NCBI GenBank assembly: GCA_963708075.1
Contig: OY970194.1
Location: 7,424,001 to 7,488,000, forward strand
Length of the DNA: 64,000 bases
DNA from: Sedimentisphaerales bacterium
Lineage (GTDB): Bacteria > Planctomycetota > Phycisphaerae > Sedimentisphaerales > Anaerobacaceae
Direction: 5' to 3'
The notes beneath the pieces were generated by a model. It was not told the DNA's origin and searched no databases. It saw only the letters and a program-made list of their open reading frames with translations. Position numbers and translations under genes: made by a program. Below, piece after piece: positions 41,251-50,952 of this stretch. Numbering within the stretch: the first letter of the stretch is position 1; every line of letters begins with the position of its first letter.

Positions 41251-42909
41251 TAGTAGTATGTTCCGATCTAGGAAATGGTAAGAGCATGGCCATAGAGGCT
41301 CTGCGCGTTCGCGCAGTTGAACGCGGCTACAAGGTCTTTGATGTCTCTGATCATGGGGAAGGACTCGATGCGGAACTCCAAGCCATTGCCAGTTCTGGCG
41401 AGAAGGTCATCGTCATTATGGAGGAGTACCACAACTGGCTTGACGAGATCCGCGTGTTTCGCACGAATGCAAGCGATCAGGCTGTTCTCGTGCTTACTGC
41501 TCGAAACGCGATACACGATGTGTTGATCGATGACTTGGCGACAATTTCCGGCGTTGACGAAGTATCTGAGGTGCCCGTTGACGTGCTCGACGAGCGGGAG
41601 ATCGCATGGATTGTGGACTCACTGAACGAGTACGGCCTCTGGGGGGATCGTGCAGGAGATAGCCGCTCTGAGAAAGTGAGGTTCATATCGGATGAGTGCA
41701 GAGGACAACTTCATGCTCTGTTGCTAAAGTTGCTTCATTCTCCGGATATTGGCAGACGCTTTAGCGCTCTCGTACAAGGTCTACAGAGCAAGGGTGAGAA
41801 CTACCAAGTGTTGCTAAGCGTCTTTATCATAACACTCCTTAATCACGGTCCGACACTGGACATCCTTGCCGATATATGGGGCGTCGACTTACTCAACAGC
41901 CCGCGATTCAAAAGAGATCCTGTCGTCAAGCAGTTGGTTGACTTCAACCAGTATGCAGTACTCGTTCGGTCTCCTACCGCGGCCGAGTACTTGCTCGGAC
42001 ATGCCGCTGATGCAGATGCCGTGGTCTCCGTGCTCACAAGGATGGTAGACCGTATGGCTAAAGGCGCAGGAGCTAGTCCAAGATATTACGAACTGTTCAA
42101 GAACCTGATGAGATATAGCAGCGTACAGACGCTCTTACCGGAACAAGGGCGGAATCATGCGGTTATTCGGTACTACGAATCCGTTAAGAACCTTAATAGG
42201 TGCAAGTTCAATCCACTCTTTTGGCTCCAATACGCCATAGCTTGTCTGGTCATGAACGATCTCCCGCGTGCGCAGACATATTTTGATACGGCCTATTCGC
42301 TCGGCGTGAACCAGAACTTCGATACATTCCAGATCGACAACCACTTTGCGCGTTTCTTGCTAGTTCAGGCAATTCAGGACCTTGGCGCGGGATGCCATGG
42401 AGAACTTCCGCCGCGCAAGGGCAATCATCAACAGGCAGATCCGCGATGAGCGGCGCCACTACCCATACCGTGTTGCTATTGCATATCAAAACATCATCGA
42501 CCGTTTTGGGCCAGAGCTTACACCGACAGAAGCAGTCGAGATTGCTCGGGCAGCCACGGATATCCTTGTCAGAATCGCGGGATTGCCTAGTGAACGCCGT
42601 CAACATCGCTATGTAGTGGAATGCGAGAAGTCACTAAAGTACGTTGTCGATAGATGTGGAGAACTCAGCAAGATCGACGGGTAGACATGGTCTGGTGGGA
42701 CTGCACGGGGTCACACGCACAGCCTTCACCACGTGGGGTCGGGGGGCGTGTGTTCATTGTTTTCTATTGTCGTTCGAGCCTATAGTCTCGTTCATCGCAG
42801 GGCCAATGGCGGGCCGAGCGCACAGGGTTCAGGGTTCAGAGGCGGTGCCCACCTTACGGCTGTCGCCCGTGCTATGGCCCCGTATGAAGTCACGTGCTGT
42901 GCACGGGGG

Positions 42910-45231
42910 CTATGTGGGTTTGGTGGTGAAGTCGCCGGGACGCTCGCCGGTTTCCTGGGGGGCGGTGCGGTTTCGATTTTGGAACATGCGCAGGGCGAGG
43001 TAAACTACTGGGACTATGCCGCCTATTATGAAGAGCAGGTCGCCGGGGAGGCGGAGCCATTCTAACGCGGTTACAAGACGCTGCTGGAAGAATTCGGGGG
43101 TGCGCGCGTGCCAGTAACCGTGCTCGAGACTGTCGTTGAATTGTAGGAAGCCGACCGGCACCAAATTAATGAAGACCATGGCGGCCAGGCCTATGTTCAG
43201 GCTCCAGAAAGAAATCTTCATGGCCCGGTCGCTGGCTCGGTCGCGCGGAATGAAATAGCGGGCGACGAACATGAAGAAGCCGATGGCGAGCATGCCGTAG
43301 ACGCCCATCAACGCGGCGTGGCCGTGATTCGCGGTGAACTGCGTGCCGATCTCGTAGTAGCTCACAATCGGCAGATTGATCAGGAAGCCGAAGACGCCTG
43401 CGCCTAGGAAATTCCAGAAGCCGACCGCGATCAGGAACATCACCGCCCATTTGTGCGGGAACTCTTCGCTTCGCGTGCCCAGCATGGATCGCTCCTCGGC
43501 GGGCGTGCCGAGTTGCATGAACCGCCAGGCCTCATAGGTCAGCAGGACCAGCGGGATCACCTCCATGGCGGAGAAGAACGCGCCGAGGGACATGTGCACG
43601 GCTGGGGCGCCGCTGAAGTACACGTGGTGCATCGTCCCGATCACGCCGCCCACGGAGTACAGGATCACGTCCAGGTAGATCACGACGGTCGCCACGGCTA
43701 TCGGCACGATGCCGAGCAGCACGAAGATGTAGGCGACCATGATGGTCGTGAACAGCTCCAGGAAGTCCTCGACCCACAGGTGCACGACCCAGAACCGCCA
43801 GAAATCGGCCACGGCGTACGTCTGGTCCTTGCCGATGGCCAGACTGACGGCGTAGAACAGGGGGATCGACAGGGCGCTGTACAGGAACAGGTACGGCATG
43901 TTGCCCGGATGCTCGCCGCGAAGGCTGGGCCGGATTCCGCGTACGACGATCACCAGCCACAGCACCATGCCGACGATGAGGAGGATCTGCCACAATCGGC
44001 CCAAATCCAGATATTCCCAGCCCTGATTGCCGAGCCAGAACCAGGGACCCTTAAGGCCGAAGTAACCTTTGATGCTGGCCGCCTCGCCGAGCAGGCTGGC
44101 GACCACGATGGCGACCAGGGCGATGAACATGATGAGGGCCAGGTTGCCCTGATGCTTCGGCTCTCGTTTGGAGATCATTGGGGCGATGAAGATGCCCATG
44201 GCGAGGAAGCTGGCCACGATGAAGAACAGGGCCAGTTGCACGTGCCAGGTGCGCGTGAGATTGTAGGGGAGCCATTGGGCGACGATGGTGCCGAACATCC
44301 CGCCGGCCTCGGCGTGGTAGTGGGCGTTCGCGCCGCCGAGCAGACCCTGGGCCAGGAACAGGCCGGCGACGACGAGGAAGTACCAGGCGGTCATGCGCTG
44401 GGAATGGGTCAGGGCCACGCGCTCCGGCGGGGCCAGCATCACCTTTCGCTGGTCCTCGATGGCCTCACGATGCCAGCCGAGCCAGTTGTAGCGGCCGAAG
44501 GCAAAGAATACGACGCCGCTGCCACAGAGCAGGGCCACGAGACTGATCGCGCTCCAGAGGATCGCCTGGCCGGTGGGAGCGTTGGCGACCATGGGCTCAT
44601 CCGGCCAGTTGTTCGTGTAGGAGTAGTCCGTGCCCGGCCGCGTTGCGGCGCAGACCCAGGCGGCCCACGAGAGGAAAGCGGTCAGGTCGTGGATTTCCTG
44701 CGGGTCGCGAATATGGGGCCTGCGAAGACCCTCTTGCTGACCGATCGGCCCAAACCAGTCACGATAGTAGTTCATCATGGCTTGATAGGCGTGCACCTGC
44801 CCGGGCGTGTAGGCGATTGTCTGGGCGGCGGCGTCCCAGGTGTTGTTTTTCCACTCCGTCCGGACCCTCTCCCGGACTTGCGGGGACACGCCGCCCGTCT
44901 GGCCCTGTGAATAAAACGCCAGCATCGCTTCACCGGCCTTGTGCAGGTACTCTGCGGTGAAATCGGGCCCGAGGTAAGCGCCGTGGCCGAAGATCGTGCC
45001 ATGTTGCATCAGGCCGTACTTGCGGAACACCTGCTGGCCCGATTGAATGTCGCGGCCGGTGAAGATCACCTCGCCCTTGTCGCCCACGACCCTCTCCGGG
45101 ACGGGCGGATGCTCCCTGTGGATCCTGTAGGCCATGATTCCCAGGACCGTGAACCCCACGAGGAATGTCAGGATCGCGATCTGGGCCCACCAATGAGAGA
45201 TGACCATGCGTCTGCGAGGCGTATCCATCAT
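42910..45231 (-). CDS. norB: Quinol-dependent nitric oxide reductase (qNOR, NorZ/long NorB)
   Basis: 'GHGAYLGPDFTAEYLH', 'YTNNWP', 'RTWHVQLA', 'NQGWEYLDLGR', 'FWVVHLWVE', 'GTMHH', 'NHGHAALMGVYG'. Confidence 0.95.
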   Translation of the reverse strand: MMDTPRRRMVISHWWAQIAILTFLVGFTVLGIMAYRIHREHPPVPERVVGDKGEVIFTGRDIQSGQQVFRKYGLMQHGTIFGHGAYLGPDFTAEYLHKAGEAMLAFYSQGQTGGVSPQVRERVRTEWKNNTWDAAAQTIAYTPGQVHAYQAMMNYYRDWFGPIGQQEGLRRPHIRDPQEIHDLTAFLSWAAWVCAATRPGTDYSYTNNWPDEPMVANAPTGQAILWSAISLVALLCGSGVVFFAFGRYNWLGWHREAIEDQRKVMLAPPERVALTHSQRMTAWYFLVVAGLFLAQGLLGGANAHYHAEAGGMFGTIVAQWLPYNLTRTWHVQLALFFIVASFLAMGIFIAPMISKREPKHQGNLALIMFIALVAIVVASLLGEAASIKGYFGLKGPWFWLGNQGWEYLDLGRLWQILLIVGMVLWLVIVVRGIRPSLRGEHPGNMPYLFLYSALSIPLFYAVSLAIGKDQTYAVADFWRFWVVHLWVEDFLELFTTIMVAYIFVLLGIVPIAVATVVIYLDVILYSVGGVIGTMHHVYFSGAPAVHMSLGAFFSAMEVIPLVLLTYEAWRFMQLGTPAEERSMLGTRSEEFPHKWAVMFLIAVGFWNFLGAGVFGFLINLPIVSYYEIGTQFTANHGHAALMGVYGMLAIGFFMFVARYFIPRDRASDRAMKISFWSLNIGLAAMVFINLVPVGFLQFNDSLEHGYWHARTPEFFQQRLVTALEWLRLPGDLLFIIGGIVPVVYLALRMFQNRNRTAPQETGERPGDFTTKPT

Positions 45232-45380
45232 CTATCTCCCCAAATTCCCTGCCCGGGCATTCTCGGGACAGGCAGCAGGTGAATTGACAGGGAATTCTAC
45301 AGTGTCCCGCTTAGGCGCAAATAAGCATTCTCCTTATTCTGCGGGTGCCTGGAACGCGTGATCCGCGTTGGAGCGGAGGA

Positions 45381-45656
45381 TCAGAACGCAACGCGGAAGT
45401 CCGTGAGCCGGCTGTTGCAGGGCACAGGCTCGATTTGGGTGTTGCGGATGTAGCCGGCGAAGTAGTCCTGGATCTCGGCGATGCAGGTGTCGATGTCCTG
45501 TTCGGGGCCCTGGGCGAGCATCTCGACGTCGCCATCGGGCAGGTTGCGCACGAAGCCGGTGAGATTGTAGCGCCGGGCGATGCGATGGGCGGTGTAGCGA
45601 AAGCCGACCCCCTGGACTTGGCCGCTGAAAAGGATGTGCCTTGCCGTTTGCTCCAT
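45381..45656 (-). CDS. acyP: Acylphosphatase
   Basis: 'SGQVQGVGFRY', 'LTGFVRNLPDGDVE'. Confidence 0.95.
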   Translation of the reverse strand: MEQTARHILFSGQVQGVGFRYTAHRIARRYNLTGFVRNLPDGDVEMLAQGPEQDIDTCIAEIQDYFAGYIRNTQIEPVPCNSRLTDFRVAF

Positions 45657-45848
45657 GTCCTATCGCCCGTTGCCTATTGACTAATTGCAGCCGGCCGCTA
45701 TGCTTGGGCCGTAGTGTGCCTGCTTCGTTATCCTACTGTATGTATAGTAGCCAAGCAAGCTGGGTGGCACAAAGGTGGGTTGTGCAGGCCGCAGGGGCGG
45801 TTCAGAGGATGGGACATCGTTTCCCGACGGAACGGGAGTCATTGAATC

Positions 45849-47864
45849 GTGAATAGGAGAAGAAACGCCGCCGTTGCTCAAGTAGGCGAGCCGAAGGCAG
45901 GCGGGGACGGCCGGGGTCTGAAGAAGGTAAGAGGTGAGGAAGGTAAGAAGGTAAGACCAGGGTTGTGCCTGGCTCACCTTCTTCCCTTCTTACATTCCTA
46001 CCTTCCAGCAACGCTGGGCTCCCGGCGGTGGCCGTTCATTCTAGCGTTGGCCGCCATCCTCGTGTCCCTCCCGGCAATCGGGGTCTTGCCGCTCAATGAC
46101 GATCTGATCCACCGCGCGATGCTGGTCGGGCCCTCGTCCTCCACGCGAGGATTGTCGCAGGTGGGGCTCGTGCCGCCCGGGTCGGGACGTCTGGGCTCCG
46201 CTCTCTCCGGGCTTTTCGTTGCCGTGGACCCGCAGGAGAATCTCGAACGTCTCCGGGCCTACGGCGCGCTGCCGTGGTGGACATGTGAGGATCATCGGGT
46301 CGCGTTCTGGCGGCCTGTGGCGAGCTTCACGCACTGGCTGGATTACCGGCTGTTCCCGGGGTCCTTCACGCTGATGCACGTTCACAGCATTCTGTGGTTC
46401 TCGGCGGTGGTGTTGGCCGTAACATTGCTGTATCGGCGTCTGATCGAGGTGAGCTGGGCGGCGGGTCTGGCGGGCCTGCTTTTCGTGCTCGACGACAGCG
46501 GCTATTTTCCCACGATGTGGGTCGCCAACCGCAATCTCCTGCTGTCCCTTTTCTTCGGCGTCCTGACGATCCTCGTCCACGACCGCTGGCGCAGGTTATC
46601 GCCTGCAAATTCGAAATTCGAGATTCGAGATTCGAGACTTGCCGGGGTTCTTGCTCCGTTGTGCTTGCTCGCTTCGGTTCTTTCGGCCGAAGCAGGGGTC
46701 GCGACGTTCGCTTACCTGTTCGCCTATGAGGTCGCCCTGCAGCGCGGGCCTCGCCTGCGGCGCGCCTTTGCCCTGGTTCCGTCGCTGGCCGTCATCGTGC
46801 TTTGGCGGCTGTCCTATAGTCTCCAGGGCTACGGGGCGGACGGCGGCGAGTTCTACTTCGATCCGGGCCGGGAGCCCGTGGCGTACGCCTTGGCGGTGCT
46901 GCAGCGAGCCCCATTCCTGCTGGCCGGGCAATGGACGACGGTGCCTCCCGATCTGTACGGCTTTCTCCCTTCCACAAGCAAGGGATTGGTGTGGCTTCTG
47001 CTGGCCGCCGTGACGGTTCTGATCCCGCTCGCATTGCTGCCGTTTCTTCGAGCCAGCCGGCGGGCACGGTTCTGGCTGATAGGCATGTACGTCGCCGTGC
47101 TGCCGTTCTGTGCGACGATTCCCATGAGCCGGTCACTGCTGTTTGTGGCCATCGGCGGGTTTGGCCTGATGGCCGAGGCCATCGCGGACTGGATCCGCCG
47201 GGCGGACTGGGTCCAGGGACTCGGCCGCAGCAGGGGGCTGGTGTATGCACTGATTCTTCTGGGTGCCGTGGCCAATCTGCCCTGGGCTGCCGTCACACGT
47301 GCATCGGCAGCGAGGGTCGCGGCTACTCTGGAGGAACGGGTGGTCCGCACCGCCGCCCTGGACGCCGCCGACTGCCGGCCGGACCAGGACCTGGTCATTG
47401 TGAACGCCCCGAACCCTGTCTCCTGCCTGTACGATCCATACAAGATCGCCTGCGACGGCGAACCGCTGCCTCGGGGCATCCGTATGCTCGCGCCGGGATA
47501 TGGCGCCGTCCGAGTGGTTCGGACCGGGCCTTGCCGGTTGATCGTCCGGGCTGTCTCCGATAGCCTGCTGGATTGTCAGCATGGGAAACGCATGGACTTT
47601 GTGTTCTTCTACCGTTATCTCAGCGATGTGCGCGGAGCGGGCCATCCGTTGCTCGCCGGCCGGCACATTGCCGTGCCGCGCATGGACGTGGAGATCCTGG
47701 CCGTGGACGAACGAGGCTTTCCCATGGAGATGGCCTGCGAATTCGATGTGCCCCTGGAGGATGCATCGCTGAAATGGCTCTTCTGGGACTGGGAGGAAGA
47801 ACGATACAAACCCTTCACCGTGCCGCCCATCGGAGGGATGCACGAGCTGGTAGGGCCTTTCTGA
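45849..47864 (+). CDS. Polytopic membrane protein, GT-C glycosyltransferase-like
   Basis: 'LNDD' after TM1, 'FWRPVAS.T..LDY.LF', 'H..SILW', 'WVANRN', about 10 TM segments; start uncertain. Confidence 0.7.
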   Translation: MNRRRNAAVAQVGEPKAGGDGRGLKKVRGEEGKKVRPGLCLAHLLPFLHSYLPATLGSRRWPFILALAAILVSLPAIGVLPLNDDLIHRAMLVGPSSSTRGLSQVGLVPPGSGRLGSALSGLFVAVDPQENLERLRAYGALPWWTCEDHRVAFWRPVASFTHWLDYRLFPGSFTLMHVHSILWFSAVVLAVTLLYRRLIEVSWAAGLAGLLFVLDDSGYFPTMWVANRNLLLSLFFGVLTILVHDRWRRLSPANSKFEIRDSRLAGVLAPLCLLASVLSAEAGVATFAYLFAYEVALQRGPRLRRAFALVPSLAVIVLWRLSYSLQGYGADGGEFYFDPGREPVAYALAVLQRAPFLLAGQWTTVPPDLYGFLPSTSKGLVWLLLAAVTVLIPLALLPFLRASRRARFWLIGMYVAVLPFCATIPMSRSLLFVAIGGFGLMAEAIADWIRRADWVQGLGRSRGLVYALILLGAVANLPWAAVTRASAARVAATLEERVVRTAALDAADCRPDQDLVIVNAPNPVSCLYDPYKIACDGEPLPRGIRMLAPGYGAVRVVRTGPCRLIVRAVSDSLLDCQHGKRMDFVFFYRYLSDVRGAGHPLLAGRHIAVPRMDVEILAVDERGFPMEMACEFDVPLEDASLKWLFWDWEEERYKPFTVPPIGGMHELVGPF

Positions 47865-47976
47865 CCATTCCTTCCGTTTCTCACAGATTGGCATTCACGG
47901 ATGACCTTGTAATCCTTATAATGCTTCATTTTGCAGAACTCGATTCCCAATGGGAGGAGATGAAAGACAGAACGTC

Positions 47977-49341
47977 ATGGACGAGCAGATCTATAATTTG
48001 AGCACGCTGGTGGCGGGCGATTTCTCGCTCCAGGAGGTGCTGGGCAAGCTGGCCGAGGCCGCCGTCAAGATTGTCGGCGCTCGGGCGTGCTCTCTTCGCC
48101 TGCTCAACGAAGAGACGGACGACCTGAAGATGCAGAGCACCTACGGGCTGAGCGAGGCCTACCGCAACAAGGGGGTCGTGACCAAGGACGACCCGGTGAT
48201 TATGGCGGCGTTCGCTGGCCAGGCCGTCCTCATCGACGATATGCGGGTCGATGACCGCATCCGCTTCAAGGAGGCCACGAACCGGGAGGGCCTGGTCAGC
48301 CAGTTGACGGTGGCCATGCAGTTCAGGGGCAAGGCGATTGGCGTGTTGCGGCTGTACAGTCCCAAGCCGCAGGCCTTCACCGAAAGCGATGTCACCGTCG
48401 CCCGGGCCGTCGCCTCCCAGTGTGCTGTCGCGATTACCAACGCCAAACTTTACGCTGAGGCCATCCAGGCCCAGCGTATCGCCGAGCAGATGCGCCTGGC
48501 CGGGCTCATCCAGCGGCGGATGATCCCCGAGAAGCCCCCGCGAATCCAGGGGCTCGATATCGCCGCCACCTACATTCCCTGCTTCGACGTCGGCGGCGAT
48601 TTCTACGATTTTCTGCCTATCAATGAGCATCGGCTGGTGATCACGATTGCCGACGTGATCGGCAAGGGTATGCCCGCGGCGATCATGATGAGCTGGTTCC
48701 GCGGGGCGGTCCAGGCGTACACGGAGAGCTTTCGCGAGGTCCTGCGCGATGCCGGCGCGGCGGGCGGCGACTCCAACAGCGGCCAGAAGACCGCGATCCG
48801 CACGAAGAACGCCGTCGAGAACTTCAACAAGATGGCCTGCCTCGAATGCAAGGACGGCGAGTTCATCACCCTCTTCTATGCGACGGTCGACGCGGCCGAG
48901 AAGACGATCACCTACTGCAACTGCGGGCACGAGCCGACCGTGCTCGTTCGCGGCGGGCAGACGTACGACCTGGCGAAAGGCGGCCTGGTGCTCGGCGTGG
49001 ACCCGCACGCCCATTACGAGATCGAGACGGTCGAGCTCCGGGATGGCGATTGCCTGCTGTTCTACACGGACGGCCTGGTCGACGCGATGGATTTCAACAA
49101 CGAGCTGTGGGGCCGGGACAGGATGTTGGAAGCGGCCAAGCGATTCATCGATTGTTCCGCCGATCACGTCGTGCGAAACGTCCTGGCGTTCCGCCGGCGC
49201 TTCTCCGGACTGGCTCGACAGGTCGACGACACGAGTCTGATCACGCTGAAGGTTGGAGAGCCTCGCAGGGACCAAAGCTCCTGCGAGTGCGGACTTGGCG
49301 AGCCTCGCAAGCCATCCGCGAAAGTGGCAGAAAGCCGATGA
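47977..49341 (+). CDS. GAF + SpoIIE/PP2C phosphatase (RsbU-like)
   Basis: GAF N-terminus; 'VGGDFYD', 'IADVIGKGMPAA', 'YCNCGHEP', 'LFYTDGLVD', 'DDTS'. Confidence 0.93.
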   Translation: MDEQIYNLSTLVAGDFSLQEVLGKLAEAAVKIVGARACSLRLLNEETDDLKMQSTYGLSEAYRNKGVVTKDDPVIMAAFAGQAVLIDDMRVDDRIRFKEATNREGLVSQLTVAMQFRGKAIGVLRLYSPKPQAFTESDVTVARAVASQCAVAITNAKLYAEAIQAQRIAEQMRLAGLIQRRMIPEKPPRIQGLDIAATYIPCFDVGGDFYDFLPINEHRLVITIADVIGKGMPAAIMMSWFRGAVQAYTESFREVLRDAGAAGGDSNSGQKTAIRTKNAVENFNKMACLECKDGEFITLFYATVDAAEKTITYCNCGHEPTVLVRGGQTYDLAKGGLVLGVDPHAHYEIETVELRDGDCLLFYTDGLVDAMDFNNELWGRDRMLEAAKRFIDCSADHVVRNVLAFRRRFSGLARQVDDTSLITLKVGEPRRDQSSCECGLGEPRKPSAKVAESR

Positions 49342-49351
49342 GTCTCCGTCC

Positions 49352-49383
49352 GGGTGGCAGCGGCAAGCGCAGCTTGCCGATGG
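49352..49383. repeat. Half copy of palindromic family A
   Basis: GGGTGGCAGCGGCAAGCGCAGCTTGCCGATGG, identical to the start of 56735-56828. Confidence 0.85.
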
Positions 49384-49417
49384 TTCGCCCGTGAGTTTCG
49401 CATGGATAGTCGTGGCT

Positions 49418-49496
49418 GGGTGCCATGCTTACGCTTTGCGTAAGCATGCCTTGCCCATCGAAAGGACATGTCTACGCGAGCGTAGACATGGCACCC
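49418..49496. repeat. 79-bp palindromic element, family B (GGGTGCCATG...ATGGCACCC)
   Basis: Outer stem plus two internal hairpins; close copy at 63099-63177. Confidence 0.9.
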
Positions 49497-49557
49497 GACT
49501 TGAGAGTGCCGGCCGATGTCTCGATGAGGAGTCTTTAGAGGAACGGACACGTTGGTA

Positions 49558-50241
49558 ATGACGCGACTTGTGGTCACAATCGATGGTCCTGCGGGCAGCG
49601 GCAAGAGCACGATGGCCCGGCTGCTGGCCAGTGCGCTCGATGCCATTTTTCTCGACACCGGGGCCATGTATCGGGCCGTCACTCTGGCGGCCGTGCAGGA
49701 TGGCGTCGATCTGAGTGACCAGCGTCAACTGATCGAGGTCATCGCCCGGCACCGCTTCGAGTTCGAAGCGTCCAAAGGCAAGATGCTCGTGCGGATCGAC
49801 GGCCAGGATGTCACGGACGCAATCCGGGACAATGAGCTCACGGCCAAGGTGCGCTACGCCGCCGCGGCGCCTCTCGTGCGCGGCAAACTGGTGGAGATGC
49901 AGCGGGCCTTTGCCGCCAGGTATAGCAGGATAGTAACGGAAGGACGCGACCAGGGCACAGTGGCTTTCCCCGACGCGGCGGTCAAGATCTACCTGACGGC
50001 GGACGTGGCTGAACGCGCCCGACGGCGAATGGAGGAACTCAAGGCAAGAGGCATGGATACGGACACCGGGCAGATCCGGCGGGAGATCGAGAGCCGGGAC
50101 CAGAGCGACGAGAATCGCGCCGTTGGACCGCTGAAGCCGGCGGCCGATGCGATCACCGTAGATACCACGGGCCTGAGTATCGAGCAGGCCGTCGAGCGGT
50201 TGTACCAGGTTGTGGAGGAACGATGCCCACGGAGATGCTGA
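49558..50241 (+). CDS. cmk: Cytidylate kinase
   Basis: 'TIDGPAGSGKST', 'LDTGAMYRAV', 'EGRDQGT', 'KIYLTA', 'RDQSDENR..PLKPA'. Confidence 0.97.
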   Translation: MTRLVVTIDGPAGSGKSTMARLLASALDAIFLDTGAMYRAVTLAAVQDGVDLSDQRQLIEVIARHRFEFEASKGKMLVRIDGQDVTDAIRDNELTAKVRYAAAAPLVRGKLVEMQRAFAARYSRIVTEGRDQGTVAFPDAAVKIYLTADVAERARRRMEELKARGMDTDTGQIRREIESRDQSDENRAVGPLKPAADAITVDTTGLSIEQAVERLYQVVEERCPRRC

Positions 50242-50882
50242 AGGCGGGTTGGTACTGGCTCGCCAGGCTGAGCTGCCGGATATTCTGCGCGGTCGTTTTT
50301 CGCTACCGGTCCTACGGCCGCGAGAACGTCCCGGCAACCGGTCCGGTCATCCTCGCCAGCAATCATCAGAGCTTTCTGGACCCGGTCTTCTGCGGCGTGG
50401 CCATGAAACGTCACCTGGTCTACGTCGCCCGCGACACCCTGTTCCGCTGGAGGCTCTTCGGCTTCCTGATCCACTCGGTCAACGCGATCCCTGTCTCGCG
50501 TGACAAGGCGGATATCGCCGCGATGCGAGCCATCATCGCCAGGCTCCAGGGAGGGGCCGCCGTGTGCTTGTACCCCGAAGGCACGCGGACGCACGATGGC
50601 CGGATCGTCCCGGTCAAAGCGGGCTTCGGCCTGCTCTGTCGCCGGGCCAAAGCGGTCGTTGTCCCCGTCCTCATCGACGGCGGCTTCGAAACCTGGCCCC
50701 GGCACAAGCGATTGTTCGAGCCCGGCGCCATCAACGTTCATTTCGGCGAGCCCCTGAGCCCCACCCAGATCGGCACGATGACCAACGAGGAATTAGCCGA
50801 TACTCTCACCCACACCCTGCGTCAAATGCAGCACGCCGCCCGCCTCAAGCAAGGCCGCAAGCCCTACGCCTACGAGGACTGA
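50235..50882 (+). CDS. plsC: 1-acyl-sn-glycerol-3-phosphate acyltransferase
   Basis: 'NHQSFLDP' (HX4D), 'YPEGTRT'; overlaps cmk. Confidence 0.92.
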   Translation: MLKAGWYWLARLSCRIFCAVVFRYRSYGRENVPATGPVILASNHQSFLDPVFCGVAMKRHLVYVARDTLFRWRLFGFLIHSVNAIPVSRDKADIAAMRAIIARLQGGAAVCLYPEGTRTHDGRIVPVKAGFGLLCRRAKAVVVPVLIDGGFETWPRHKRLFEPGAINVHFGEPLSPTQIGTMTNEELADTLTHTLRQMQHAARLKQGRKPYAYED

Positions 50883-50952
50883 TTCCGACACGGATTCAGC
50901 GATAGCATGCAGGATGGGCAGGTTTCCTGTCCACGCGGTCGGCAATTGGCGG

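Larger units (their letters stand above)
39094..42684 (+). pseudogene. SIR2-like domain + P-loop NTPase + helical/TPR-like protein (Avs5/Dsr-like putative defence gene) interrupted by IS630
   Basis: 'VLFVGAGFS', 'YTTNYD', 'IHLNG', 'IFFVGYSISD'; removing the IS restores 'KRVLVVCSDLGNGKS'; Walker B-like 'VIVIMEEY'; 'PLFWLQYAIA'; further frameshift near 42390; lower GC. Confidence 0.85.

Noticed and set aside
40100..41255. IS ends defined as CTAAG..CTTAG with an outer TA duplication
   Set aside because: Copy 1 lacks outer TA flanks; only the C-TA-[IS]-TA-G definition fits both copies.
42910..45231. Nitric oxide dismutase (Nod)
   Set aside because: The His ligands (GTMHH) and the Glu after HLWV are retained, as in canonical qNOR.
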